A DNA stretch of 62,949 nucleotides, filler included, from Hyphochytrium catenoides (lineage: Eukaryota > Protista > Hyphochytriomycota), in assembly GCA_900088475.1 (NCBI GenBank). It is 10 parts of 10 records of this genome, joined end to end, with 100 filler letters (N's around TTAATTAATTAA, not from the genome) between each part and the next. Parts side by side here need not be neighbours in the genome. Positions count along the whole stretch, not along the records: positions 1 to 14,818 come from FLMG01002940.1; positions 14,919 to 20,978 come from FLMG01004185.1; positions 21,079 to 42,163 come from FLMG01004128.1; 7 more parts are not named here. The stretch is one strand, 5' to 3'. The notes below the pieces were generated by a model, which did not search any database, was not told the DNA's origin, and worked only from the letters and a program-made list of their open reading frames with translations. Position 1 is the first letter of the stretch. The number at the start of each line of letters is the position of its first letter. Below are positions 10,321-22,819 of the stretch, one piece after another. The position numbers were made by a program, and so were the translations under genes.

Positions 10321-11955
10321 TCAGTCACTGCCAAACTCTAAGACTAGATCACTCACGGGGTCGGAGAAAGTAAAGCGCTGGTCAAGAGGAAGACCGTCCA
10401 CTCCCAGATCGGCAGCTGCCAGCTGCTTTCCAACATTCACACCTTTGACCCCAGCGTGAGGCGTCGCCACGACACCCTCACCATTGCCAGAGCGCACATT
10501 GCCGGAGTCTGGTGGACAGGCTGGGCCAGGAATACTGCTGCAGAGCTCATTGTTCTCTTCACTGCCAGCGTCAAATGACTGACCTTGTGCTGTTATCTGC
10601 TGCTTCTGCTGAATAGTACTCAATGAGATCTGCAGTCCATTCAGGCCCGCATAAGCATCGTTAGTGTTGATGAGCATGCCTGCGTAAGAGAAGAGAATGC
10701 CTTCTGAAGGTAGTTGTGCAGGCAGCTGCATGACCAACGAGGTGGTGTTACTGGGCAGGACTGGCTCGGAGGACATCGTCATTGAGAGGACTCCTGGTGC
10801 GGTCTCGATGGCCTTGCCCAAAGGTTCAGGATTTCCGGTCTCGGCGAGGATGGCCATCCCGTCGCTGGACGGCTGTCCTACGGTGAAGAGCTGGAATTGC
10901 GGGGTATGCAGGACAAAGAGAGAGGGTGAAAGAGGTTGCTGATTGGCCGTGTTGGTCAGAGTTATGCGCATCATAGTGGGCTGACCCGCCGCCGCCGAAG
11001 GACATTCTACCATGGTTCCCATCGCGTTCGTTTTTCCCCGAAGTTGCTTGGCCTTCTTGCCCGACTTTTTAGCAGGGGTGACGCTAGGTTTGGCGCCAGT
11101 GGCACCAGCACCCGCACCCATTCCTGCTGCCGGGCTTTCAATGAGCTCCAGGGTAACCTCACTTACGGGGTCGGAGAAGGTAAACCGCTGATCGAGAGGG
11201 AGACCGTCCACTCCCAGATCGGCAGCTGCCAGCTGCTTTCCAACATTCACACCTTTGACGCCAGCGTGAGGCGTTGCCACGACACCCTCACCATTGCCAG
11301 AGCGTACATTGCCAGAGTCTGGTGGACAGGCTGGGCCAGGGATACTGCTGCAGAGCTCATTGTTCTCTTCACTCCCAGCGTCAAAGGATTCGCCTTGCGC
11401 TACCAGCTGCTGTTTCTGCAGAAGAGCTTGCATTGAGATGGGAAAGGCACAAACACCAGCATACCCATCGTTGGTGTTGATGAGCATGCCAGCGAAAGAG
11501 AAGAGTAGTCCATCGGACGGTAACTCGGCTGGAAACTGCATGACTACAGAGGACGTATTGCCGGGAAAGACTGGCTCCGAGGAGAGTGTCATAGCCAAGA
11601 TTCCTGGCTTACTCTGGATGGCGTTGGCTAAGGGCTGAGGGTTACCTGTTTCGGCCAAAATGGCCATTCCATCGCTGGAAGGCTGTCCGACAGTGAACAG
11701 CTGAAAGTCTTGAGTGTGCAAGACGAAGAGAGATGGTGAGAGAGGCTGCTGGTTGGCGGTGTTCTTGAAGGTCAAACGCAAGGCCTTGCCATTGTTGATG
11801 GACTGAAGCCTCCGACCGTCAATTATGGGCTTGACTGATAAAGAAGAAGCCGTAGTTGTTGATGAGAGAAAGAGCATTGCCGCTACCAAGAGGACTGCAA
11901 ACTTGAGGATCATTTTAGCAGAGAGACGAGGTTTTGTTGAGCTTCGTTGCATCAT
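10321..11955 (-). CDS. Secreted protein with two tandem Spondin_N domains
   Basis: Intronless, 544 aa, hydrophobic N-terminal signal. Two repeats each carry QPLSP...H, LAETGN, GMLINTND, DAGSEEN.E and IPGP, separated by an Ala/Gly/Lys linker. Confidence 0.85.
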   Translation of the reverse strand: MMQRSSTKPRLSAKMILKFAVLLVAAMLFLSSTTTASSLSVKPIIDGRRLQSINNGKALRLTFKNTANQQPLSPSLFVLHTQDFQLFTVGQPSSDGMAILAETGNPQPLANAIQSKPGILAMTLSSEPVFPGNTSSVVMQFPAELPSDGLLFSFAGMLINTNDGYAGVCAFPISMQALLQKQQLVAQGESFDAGSEENNELCSSIPGPACPPDSGNVRSGNGEGVVATPHAGVKGVNVGKQLAAADLGVDGLPLDQRFTFSDPVSEVTLELIESPAAGMGAGAGATGAKPSVTPAKKSGKKAKQLRGKTNAMGTMVECPSAAAGQPTMMRITLTNTANQQPLSPSLFVLHTPQFQLFTVGQPSSDGMAILAETGNPEPLGKAIETAPGVLSMTMSSEPVLPSNTTSLVMQLPAQLPSEGILFSYAGMLINTNDAYAGLNGLQISLSTIQQKQQITAQGQSFDAGSEENNELCSSIPGPACPPDSGNVRSGNGEGVVATPHAGVKGVNVGKQLAAADLGVDGLPLDQRFTFSDPVSDLVLEFGSD

Positions 11956-12798
11956 CTTGGAAGGGAGTGAGGAGTGGCCCGTAGTCAGCAGAGACTGAAA
12001 GAACGTTAAACAAGGTTTTCTAAGAGCCCCGTTACGTTGATTATTGATGTCAGGTCAATCTAGCTGTAGATGTTGTTTGAGCTTTGATGTTGGCTGGGCA
12101 AGGGAAGTTGCAGAATGATGGAAGCAATCATCAACAGACCCATGACACAATCGTCTGAGACTCCAACAGCTCTCATCTGAGGCCCCAGTCAATAGTAGTA
12201 TCCTTCTAGGACATAAGTAGGTCCTATTGATAGGAGCGACAGGCATGATGAGACCTTGCGCCGAAGTCAGATCTCAGAGTTATCGAAGAAGAAGCGAGGG
12301 GAAGATAGGAGCCCTATTATTGATTTTAAGTCGATGATGAAGCATCTAGGCTATCGGTTGAGCAGCATATTACGATCCTTCATCTTTCATCTCGACCGAT
12401 CACGCTTGGGCTGGTGATGGTGGTGGGCGCTGAAAGTGTCCGGAGAGGTTAGTTTAGGGTGCGGCAACACCACGGTAGAAAGACGAGGCTGCCAGTGATG
12501 AAGGAGAAGACAGACAATCGCAGGAGAGGGGGACGAGGATAGGAAAGGTGCAAATTGGGGTCGAAGAGACACGGCGGAGGGAGTCAATGCAGAGAGCAGA
12601 CTGCATGTTGGCTACATGGAATATGTCAGCCAAGTAACCCAGAGATTCTTCTTCCCCCAATAGTTGACTTCTCCAGCAATTGCCTATCTCGAGGAGTGTG
12701 CTCTTATATGCAGGGACAAACATCCACCGCTGCGATCTTTAGGTGCACTTCTGGTCTGCCCTCGGGTTAAGGTCGTGTTAGGATCGTGCAATCACTGG

Positions 12799-12889
12799 CC
12801 ACTCTCTGCCGCAGCAACTTCTACGTCCCACTCTCTGCCGCAGCAACTTCTACGTCCCACTCTCTGCCGCAGCAACTTCTACGTCCCAC
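12799..12889. repeat. Perfect 29-bp tandem repeat x3
   Basis: CCACTCTCTGCCGCAGCAACTTCTACGTC three times with no spacers. Confidence 0.95.
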
Positions 12890-14818
12890 CTGCTGTTGCT
12901 CTGTTAGCTGTCCAATCTGCTTTTCTTCTTCTTCACTGCAGTACGTGAGGAGGAAGTAATCAGGCTCTTCTTCTACTGACGATGGGACAGGAGGAAGAGC
13001 TGCTTCTGCTGATCAAGAAGGAGGAAGTAGAGGGTAGGAAGGACATGCCCCGCGCCTACTGATGCGAACAAGAGAGGAAGAAAACGAGGAGGAAAACAGG
13101 AGGAAGAACGGCTTGACCACCGACCAGCGCAGCAGCAGCGAGGAAAAGGCAGGAGGAGGAGGAGGAGGAGCAACCTCAACCAGAAGTGCACTCAAAAAGT
13201 CAGTAACGGTCGCACAGTCTGGCTGGCCATCGATCAAGGAAACACCTCAAGCTACCACTGCTGCTGTAGTTGTTAGAAGATTGTTTGTCTGTTCTACATA
13301 GTACAGTGGATAGTAAGGTAGATACTGCTTTTTCATACGTTAACGTATGTGGTCTTTCTCAGTCCTCCCCCAGGACTTACGGAGGCTCTGTAGAAAGGAA
13401 ACAGTAGTGGGAGCTGATGATACAGTGCCCAGACAGAGGGAGGAGGAGGAGAGGAAAGAGAAGAGAAAGAAGAGTAGAAAAGAGGTCAACTAGCCTTCAA
13501 AAGACGGAGAACAGAAGAGGAGGAGAAATGACAGGAAGTAGAGAAGAAGAGAGGAGAAGATCGCGAGAAGCGTGGAGAGAGAGAGAAGGAAGAAAGTGGT
13601 GAAGAAAGAGACAAGCGCAGAGGGAACTAGTGGAAAGAAGAAGTACAAGAGGAAGAGAAAGAAGAAGCACGAGGAGGATGAGAAAGAAGATGAGAAAGAA
13701 GAGAGAGGAGGAGAAAGATAGAGACGCCATGAAGAGAGGCAGTGCGAAGAGAAGAAGAGAGACAACATTGAAGATAATAGAAGAGCTGCCTGGAGACGAC
13801 AGCAGAGATGAAAGCATTTACTATTATTATCCAGGTAGCCGAGGGATAAGGGTTGACTGGTGTGGGCGTTTGCTGGTCACCCTCGTGGTGTGGCTCTCCT
13901 ATCGTCTTTTCCATTTTTGGGCTTTCACCATGAGCTAATGGTTCCTTCAGTAAACGGACTCAACAACATTACCTTCGTCCCAACTCGCTCTAGTAGACTG
14001 TTGCCCAGCAGAAGAAGAGGAAAGATCAAGATGAGTCCTTTCCTTCCTTCCTTCCTTCTGTCCGTCTTCAAAGCATCACCACTAATAACCCCGCCCACGA
14101 ACAAAAAAAGATCCTGTTGATGGAGAGGTCAACAAGACTGATAGATGACTATTAATAGAACCAGGCCTAGGGTTGTCATCTTCACTCGTCAGGTCTATAT
14201 TATATATAGATGATGGGAGAGAGAACAAGGGGCAAGAAGAAGAGCTTGTGGTACGATAGCGCAGATACCTTTACGCGTCAGTAGTCTTCTAATTGCATCG
14301 TCCCAAGGCGAGGTACTTTGACAACGGGTGCCTTCTCTCCGCTTCTTGGCCGTTCGTCGCTCCTTCTGGAAGCTACAGGCACTGATTTACCAGCCTCCTT
14401 CAAGTCATGATCAGGGTCTCGACTCTCCTAGTCGTGAGAGTTTCTTAGCTCAACCCAGCTATTGGCTTCCTTCTTAGATTAGTGTCCTCTCTCTTCATAT
14501 CGGCCCTCACACACAACAAACATCATAGAAAGGTCGGCCAACTTTTCTCTTGACAGAGTAGCTTCGACCATGGTATTCACCGTAAGGCCGGGCGCCGGCG
14601 CTGCCTGGACTTTCACAACGCAACTTTCACAAAGTCAAGTGTTCTAAATCTACAGGTGCTGTCCTTGACTCTTCGTGATCATCAATGGCCGGTCTCTCCG
14701 ACAATGGGCTCCATGGTTGGCGCGGTCAGGAAGTCTCATTAAAATTACCGGCTCCGACAAGACCCACATAGAGAGACGCAGAGTAGTTCTATGGGAAGTG
14801 CAGCTGCAGGTAATAAAG

Positions 14819-14918
14819 NNNNNNNNNNNNNNNNNNNNNNNNNNNNNNNNNNNNNNNNNNNNTTAATTAATTAANNNNNNNNNNNNNNNNNNNNNNNNNN
14901 NNNNNNNNNNNNNNNNNN
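14819..14918. other. Artificial contig linker (N44-TTAATTAATTAA-N44)
   Basis: The same 100-nt spacer with a six-frame stop core recurs at 20979-21078, 42164-42263, 50050-50149, 53019-53118, 55930-56029, 57689-57788, 59489-59588 and 60990-61089. Confidence 0.97.
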
Positions 14919-16021
14919 ACAAAACTATCACAGGTGGAAGGAAAGTACAAAGTTTACACCAGATCAGCCTGTACAGTTGTAGGTGCTTACGTGGTGCACT
15001 GTTTCTCTTCTCCATTCTTGTCTCTTCTTCCGTTATTCTTCTCATCTCGGATCCACCTCGCTTCTCTCTTTCTCTCTTTCTCTCTTTCTCTCTCTCCCTC
15101 TCTTGTCCTCACTCTTCTATCCTGTCCTCCTCCTCTCTCTCCTCTTCTCTCGTTTCTCTCTCCTTCATCGCCCTCTCCCTTCACTACTTGCTCCTTGCCG
15201 TCGATGAGCCTTGCTGAAAAAAAAGGACGAGGGCACAAGAACACAAGACCAGAAGAGAGAGGACTGGGAAGAACTCTCTCTCTCTCTCTCCTCTTATTTC
15301 TCTCTCTCTCTCTTTTGCTCTCTTCTCTCCCTTCGCGATCATCCTTGTCGATGATGATCTTGGAAAGACTAAGCTCAAGACCAGAAGAGAGAACGGCAGC
15401 AAGGAAGAACTGGTGGGCGGGATGGGGGTTGATGAGAGGGCCGGGACAAACAGAGAGAGAGAAAGAGAGAGAGAAAGAGGAAGAGAGAGGAGAGAGAGAG
15501 AGAGCGAAAAGGAAAGATGAGAAGAGAGAACGACAAGCGACCAGCTCTTCTTCTTACTTCTGGTCCAGGACACGTGCGTAGATTTTCTCTCCTGATCTTC
15601 CAGAGACAAGCCACGGAAGAAAGAAGAGAGAGAGCGGGAGAGAAGCGGCATAACTGGACGCCAAACGAGAGAAGATCTAGACAAATCAGAGCAGCCACTA
15701 GCTACCATTGTGTTGGGAAAGAAGGCGGCAGGGAAAGAGAGTCAGAGAGAGAGAGAGAGTCAGAGAGAGCGGGAGAAAGACTGGCACCACTTCCTATCGA
15801 CAGTGAAGAGAGAATTATAGAGAGAGAGACTGTAAAAAGAGAGTCCGCAGCGAGAAGAAAAGCTAAACAAGACGCCAGCCATTTATTAGTAGAGAGAAAG
15901 AAATGGAGAGCGAGGGAGACAGGAGAGAAACCAATAAACTTAGGAAATGTCTCTCGCCACGTAATGAGCAGAGGGAGAGAGAGAGGGAGACAACACAGAT
16001 TGTGAATTAGACATAAAGACA

Positions 16022-17933
16022 GTGTTGGAGGCTGAAGGAGAGAAAGACATGACGGACTTTCATCCGAGAACAAAGGAGAAGTGGCGCGACAAAGAGGAGA
16101 GAAGGAAAGAGAGAGAGAGAGAAGCAAGAAGAGAACAAGAAAATGATCAAGAGAGACAGAGAGAGACCGAGGCAAGAGAAAGAGGAGAGAGCGAGAGAAG
16201 AAGTGCAGAAGAAGCCCTGGAAGACTGGCTCCAAGACGTCCTTCTTTCTCAAAAGAAAGATACCATTCAAAAAGTGCCAGGAAAAGACAGAGAGAAGGAA
16301 GACGAGTGGCAAAAGAGAGAGAGAGAGGAAAGAGGAAGAAACGCCAAAAGAGGAGGAATCAGTCCGCTTTCAGAAGGAGAGAAGGTCACGAGCAAGAGCA
16401 GCACTAAAAAACAGGAGACAAGACAAGAAAGCGAGGGCAGAGAAGGGAGAGAGAAAGAGAGAAACGCAAGAAGAAGAGAGTGTACAGAAGAAGAAGGGAG
16501 CGTCGCCTTGGTACCTGGAGAGGAAGAGAAGCCCTCACAGAGTAGAGGAAAACAAGAGAGAGAAAGCGCTCTCTCTTCTTTTTCTCTCTCCTTCTCCTGC
16601 CAGCCTCTCTTCTCTTCCTTTCCGCTCTCTACTCTTCCTCGCAATCTTTGCACCGGCACTTCCCCTTCTCCCTCTTCTCCTCCTCTTCTTCCATCTCCCT
16701 TATTGGAAGGAGAGAGAGAAAGAGGAGGGAGAGAGAGACCCGAGAGAGAGACAGAGCGAGAGAGACAGCCATCTGTTAGCCGTATGGCAAGGACCACAAA
16801 TGAAGAAGCTGGGATCGGAGACAACAACAAAGAGAGAAGGAGAAGACACCGTCGCATAAAGAGAGAAGGATTCCAGTCTCTCTCTCCCCTGGAAGAGAGA
16901 GTAAGACAAGCGGAAGAGAGGAACAGAGGCCTCAGAAGACAACTGCAACTTCTTTCTCTTCCTCTAGAAGAAGAAGAGAAGCAGCCCCTCAAGCTCCCTT
17001 CTACCTCCTTATCTTCCCCTAATCCTCCATCGTCTCTCTCTCTCTCTTCTTCTTCTCTCTCTCTTCCTCTCTCTCTTCGAAGAGTAAGAGACTTTCGCAG
17101 TCATCTTCTCGTGCACTCCATCAACCTGATTGAGAGGGGAGACTTCGATGGTTATCTTACTCTTTATCATATCAGCGCTACACTGGTTCATGACGATGTC
17201 TCTCTTCTCTCTCTCTCTTCTTCTCTCTCTCTTCTTCTCTCTCTCCTCGCTCTTCCCCTCGTTTGCTTCAGTCTCTCCCTCCCTCTGTCTGGGATGAACT
17301 GAACTTCTCGGGGAGAGAGGCTCCGAATTTGTGTGTCGGATGGGAAGCGCTAAGGAATACTTGGTATGAAGAGCTCTCCTCTCTCTCTTTCTCTCCATCT
17401 TGTCTCTCCCTCTCTCTCTCCTTCTCTCTCAGTCTTTCCCTCTCTCTTCCTCCTTTAGCCCACCCTAGTATTCTTCCTTTTTCTCATGCTTGACAATTGT
17501 CCTAGCTATCAGGAGGCCGCTATGGCTTTATCGTTTCTCTTATGAATTCTCTCTCTCTCTCTCTCTTGTCTTGATCTCTCTTTGCTCTTCATCCTATTGT
17601 TTCTCTCTCCGTTAATATCTCTTGCCCCATCTTTGCCCAGACAGTCATGGACTTGCTCTTTTTCTTCGTTTCTTAGTGCGCTCGCTCTGGATCTCTTTTT
17701 CTAAGCCCTTTGCTGTTCATTTTCGTAGTCAACGGCCTCACTTTTCCTCTCTTCCTCTCTCTGTCTCTCCTTCTCTCACTCTCACTCGCTCTCTCTCTTC
17801 GTCTCTCTTTCTCTCTCTCTCACTCTCTCTCTTTCTCACATTCTCTTCTCCCTTATCTTTCTCGCTTTCTCTCTGTCTCTCTCTCTCTCACTCTCTTTTT
17901 TCTTATCTCTCTCTCTCTCATTCTCTTTTTTCT

Positions 17934-17985
<52 letters not shown>

Positions 17986-18379
17986 ACCCTTCTTTGTTAG
18001 CGCTGAGGTCCTCCGCAACTTTGAGTGGTTCCGATTCACTGACGTGGAGGTTCGGCCTGTGGACATCCGAGGAGACAGGATCATTGTTTTCTCTACGTTG
18101 GAAGGGAGAGAAAGAGAGACATGCCACCAAAAAGGAAAAGACATAGATTTTAGCAGAGAAAGAAGGAGAGAGAAAGAAGAAGAAGACATGGACAGAGCCG
18201 TTGGGGGAGAGAAAGAAGAGAAAGAAGAGAGAAGAAGCGGAAGATTGGTTCGGCATCATTTCGTGGACTTCTATATCTTTTCTATGGAAAATCGAGTCAG
18301 GCACTGCCGGGCCACTGTCAGAATGCCTCCTCAGGAAGAGGAGGAGGCCTCTCTCTCTTCTCTTCTTCTTCTCCCTTGA
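16022..18379 (+). CDS. Spliced gene: low-complexity N-terminus, basic/coiled-coil (bZIP-like) segment, C-terminal NTF2/SnoaL-like domain; 5' end uncertain
   Basis: Probable exons ..17197, 17272-17363 and 18001-18379 join in frame to give ..IERGDFDGYLTLYH..CVGWEALRNTCAEVLRNF..VRPVDIRGDRIIVF..FVDFYIFSMENRVRH, a SnoaL-like pattern. The first donor (GTCTCT) is weak. Confidence 0.5.
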
Positions 18380-18524
18380 GCAACTGTAATAACAAGATAG
18401 GTTTCTTGTTCTCTCTCGCTCTCTTGTTTTCTCTCTCTTCTTCTCTTCTCTCTCACTCTCTCTCTTGTTTTCCCTATCTCTCTCCTGTTCTCTCTCTCTT
18501 GTTCTTTCTGTCCTCTCCCTTGTG

Positions 18525-18556
<32 letters not shown>

Positions 18557-19345
18557 TCTTCTCTCTCCACTCTTTTGTGTTCTCTCTCTTTTGTTCTCTC
18601 TCTCCCCTGTCTTGTGTTCTCTCTCTCTCTCTCTCTTGTCTCTCTCTCTCTCTTGTCTCTCTCTCTCTCTTGTTGTCATATGTATATCTCCCCAGACGGC
18701 TGCTATCGCTCTGGACCCGACCGACGGGTGTATGGGATGGAACCTCTTCTCCTTGGAAAGCACTATCAGGACGGGTAGTCCCGACTCGAGCTGGCAACGA
18801 ATGGCTCTGACGAAGGATGCACTCTTCCTTTTCCCTTTCTCCCCTCTTTCTCTTTGCATGTTATTAGGATAGCCTGTTGACTTTACTTCTCCTGCATGTT
18901 GCTCGTTTATCTTTGCATTCTCAGGTAGACTGACTCTCTCGCAAGGGAGATTCCCTCTCAACCTCTATATCGGAGTGAATAAACTTCTTTCTGAAGTAGA
19001 AGACCCTTTGCTACTTGCGTGTGTTCCTGCGAAGTCTTCCTCTGCGTGGTGCTTGTCTGAACTGAGGCCTGGCCAGCCAAGGTACNNNNNNNNNNNNNNN
19101 NNNNNNNNNNNNNNNNNNNNNNNNNNNNNNNNNNNNNNNNNNNNNNNNNNNNNNNNNNNNATTTTGTTTCTCTTTCTGTCTCCTTACCTTCTTTTCTTTT
19201 CTTTTCTTCTTTCTCTCTTTCTCGCTTGGTTCAACCTTCCAATCCTGCAACCTCGCCCCAATTTTCGCTATAAATCTAGTACACTGACTTCTTCTGTCTT
19301 TCTCTTCACTCATGTTCATAGAACAATAAAGAAACATTCGTGATC

Positions 19346-19377
19346 ATTGATGGCTAGCAGCAGCTGGAGCGTGAGAA

Positions 19378-19420
<43 letters not shown>

Positions 19421-19655
19421 GGAGAGAGAGAGAGAGGGGTTGAAAGAGAGAGGAAAGGAAGAGAGAGTCTCGGGTTATCTCCTCCAATTCTATATATTCC
19501 TGACCATTGATGGCTAGCAGCAGGCGGAGCGTGCGAAGATAGATGAGGAGAGAGAGAGTGAGAGAAAAAAGAGAGAGAGAGAGAGAAAGAGTGTGTGTGT
19601 TTGTGAAAGAGAGTGAAAGAGAGAGGAAGAGAAGAGAGAGTCGCCAATTCTATAC
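19346..19655. repeat. Imperfect ~160-bp tandem duplication
   Basis: CATTGATGGCTAGCAGCAG..GGAGCGTG.GAAGAT and CCAATTCTATA each occur twice around GA microsatellites. Confidence 0.7.
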
Positions 19656-21078
19656 TCGAAAGGCCTTAAAAAAACTGCTGGCATAACTTTGCGGAGGGAG
19701 ACACTGCTGATCTTTGTGTTGGAGAGTCCAGAACTCTGTAGCTTCTTCATTTTTTGCTTTCCCTTTTTCCTGGCTCTTTTTCTTCTTCTCCTTCTTCTTC
19801 ATCATCTTCATCTTCTTCCCTTTCTTTTTCTCTTTTTTTCTTCTTCTTCTTCTTCTACTTCTTCTTAGTTAAAGGTACCTTATAGTGGTAGTAGCTGTCA
19901 CCTCTATAAAAAGAAGAAATGCAGTTTTCTCTCTCTCTCTCTCTGTCTCTCTCTCTCTGTGTCTCTCTCTCTCCCTTCCTTCTGAGGGACAAAAGTAAAA
20001 AGAAAACAAGGAGGAAAGAGAGAAGAGATGAACGAAGATGAAGCTTTTGAGTTGATGAGAAAGAGGGGAAGAAAGACCGAAGTGAGAGAGACAGAAAGGA
20101 AGAGAAAGAGAGAGCAGAAGAAAATAAAGACATCTTAAAAACCTATATGGACGAGAAGGAGAGAGATATTATGTGGGGAAGGAAGAGTGATGTGTCTATC
20201 GTAACAATGGCTGTTTGAAAGCCCATACATCATCCTTTATAATAATCAAGAAGAGAGAGAGTGATTGACCGGAGAGGGAAAGAGAGAGAGAGAGAGAGAC
20301 GAGTGCACTGAAAGATGACGAGGAGAAGAGAGAAAAGGCAGCCATGCCTCTGATGGATGTTTCTTGGCTACTTCGGGCACTGCCCTAATTGTCAATTACA
20401 GTCCAGTCCTGTCGTTTTGTCAGTAATGATCCAAAATACACCAAATTTGACTTTTGACAAAGATGTCTTTTTAGGCTACCTTACTGTCAAATATAGTGCT
20501 ACATTGTGAACTATAAAATAGGCTTGTCAATTTACCTAAGAAGTCACCTATTATCCACTCAGCTGCTCATAAAAGGAGAGAGAGAGAGAGAGAGAGAGAG
20601 NNNNNNNNNNNNNNNNNNNNNNNAGAGAGAGAGAGAGAGAGAGGAGAGAGGTGACAGAGGGAGAAATCTAGTCTGTCCTCCTTGTAGTTCGATATCTGCG
20701 TTCTTCCGTTGTTTCAGTCTCTTTTGTTGTTGTCTCTTCTCCCTGCTGGCTGCGCACTCGCATTTTCTGTTCGTTCTCTGACTCCTCCGTCTTCTCTGTT
20801 GTTCTCCTCTTCTCGCTATAACTCTCTTTTCTGTCTCTCTCTCTCTCCCGCCATTCTCTCTCTCTCTCTCTCTCTCACTTCCTCTGTCCCTCTCACTCTT
20901 TCCTTTACCAAGGTGCCACTGAACAGCAAAAAGAGTTTGGGAGTCCTATGGTGGGGGTTCAGCCACCGTTGCAGCCTTNNNNNNNNNNNNNNNNNNNNNN
21001 NNNNNNNNNNNNNNNNNNNNNNTTAATTAATTAANNNNNNNNNNNNNNNNNNNNNNNNNNNNNNNNNNNNNNNNNNNN

Positions 21079-21999
21079 ACCTTCAATGAGGCAATCTGCT
21101 TTCCTTTATCCCAGCTCCAGCAGGATAAGTTGAAGTCAGGACCAGAGGACAGAGACAGAAGGTACTTGGTGTCCGAGGAAAAGGCTAAGTATTTGAACTC
21201 AGATCCCACTCCTCCTCCCTCATTAACCGTCAAAAGCTTCTTCCGCTTCATCGTGAAGAGGTCGTAGATGCTGATGATGGCACCTTTCTCTCCTGCTTCT
21301 GCGATTGCACCAAATCTATCAGGTTGCAGCGTGCGCAGGAGCCGAATGGAGGACGAGAACAGCAAAGGAAGAGAGTTAGCGTAAGAGTCAAGGATGGGGA
21401 GAGAGAAGCAGTGGTTGTACAAGCTCTAGTTCTCTCCACGTTCTCTCTCTCTCTCGCGCGCGCTCGCTCGCTCTCTTTGTGTTTGTCTCTCCAACTCCAT
21501 TTCTGCATGGCCGAAGTTATGAAGCGTGCGTTGGCTGCATTTTCCTCCTGATCTTCATGCAGGTTTGTCCGTTCATCTTCCTCTAAGGTCACTCACTTCC
21601 AATCCTTTCTCTTAACTCGTAGCCTTTCTCTCAACTGGCTACTCTGCTGATCAACTCGCTCCTGCTCTCTCTCTTTCTCTCTCTTCCACATGCTTTTCTG
21701 CTAGTTATCTCTACTCACCGCTTGTTGGACGCGACAGTGATCGCTGTGACAGCCTCAGAGGAGAAGCTTGGCAGCTTCGTCGGGGGTACGAAGCTCTGCT
21801 CGTTGGTATCTGCATTGTGCAGCACGGTTCCTCCTCCGCTGGGGTAGAAGAGAATACTCTCCTCAGTATACCACAGAGACCGACGGAAGCCGGCAGTGAT
21901 GCCAAAGGTATATCTGGAGGAAAGACGGCGAGAAGGAGCAGCAGGGTAAAGAAAAGCGTGAGGCGGCAGACAGAGGGAGAAAGACAGGGTAAAGAGAAG

Positions 22000-22043
<44 letters not shown>

Positions 22044-22414
22044 CAAGTGAGAAGATGAGCCAGAAACCAAGATTCCGAGACAAAAAGGACTCAATGTACA
22101 AGGACAATAGCAACAACAGGTCTGGTGCAGCAGTAGGAGGGGACGGAAGGTGAGAAGTGCGACGAAGGGTGAAAGGAAGAGCGGAGAAAGAAGAGAAGAG
22201 GGAGACTAAGTGGAACGCCGACATAGACTTTGTGGTTTGGAGAGAGAGACTGTGCGTTCGGAGAGAGATAGAGACTGTGCGTTCGGAGAGAGAAAGTGCA
22301 AGAGGAGTAAGCCTCAGTCTTCGGGGGTGCATACTTAAGCTCCAATGATCCATATGTCGGCTGGTTCTCCTGGGAGGAAGACCCTGCCATGATTGTATCC
22401 TCCGCCTGCTTCAT
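21079..22414 (-). CDS. CFAP57: Cilia- and flagella-associated protein 57 (WDR65), 5' part, cut by contig end
   Basis: Exons 22414-22335, 21913-21719 and 21315-~21081 splice in frame: KYTFG..LFYPSG..VLHN..Q.F.P..TAITVASNKRFGAIAE..IYDLFTMKRKKLL..LAFSSDTKYL..GPDFNL..WSWDKGK, the characteristic CFAP57 N-terminal WD40 region. Confidence 0.82.
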
Positions 22415-22781
22415 GGTCGACTTGAAGCTCAAGTAGATAGAGAGCGAAAGAGGTAAAGAAACAGAAGAGCAAGTGCTTCCTTAAGGCCAGGCACTCTTCA
22501 AAGGACTATAGACTGGTCTCCATTGCCTCTTGGCACTTCGCAGAGGCTATTCCTTCGGCCCCCCGATGGACTGGTGGCATCAGTCGGAGGAGCTATCAGC
22601 TGGAAGTACTTAGCGAACATCTTATCATGAAGCTCATCGGTTGGTAGATAGAAGCAGAGCTGCTTTACTCGCCAACCCCCTAAAGATAGGTCCAATAGTC
22701 AATCGCAGCTCCGAGGGAGATCGCGATCATTCGAGGAGTCACAAAAAGAGTGAGACAAGAATAGAAGACAGCTGCTGGGAC

Positions 22782-22819
<38 letters not shown>

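Noticed and set aside
12799-12889. 29-bp repeats as a CRISPR array
   Set aside because: The units are adjacent with no spacers, there are no cas genes, and the context is eukaryotic.
14819-14918. Recurrent TTAATTAATTAA as a biological motif, and ORFs crossing it
   Set aside because: It is always centred in a 100-nt N-padded block, so it is an assembly linker.
14934-20978. Many long S/L-rich or R/E-rich ORFs
   Set aside because: These are translations of (CT)n/(GA)n microsatellites, which lack stop codons.
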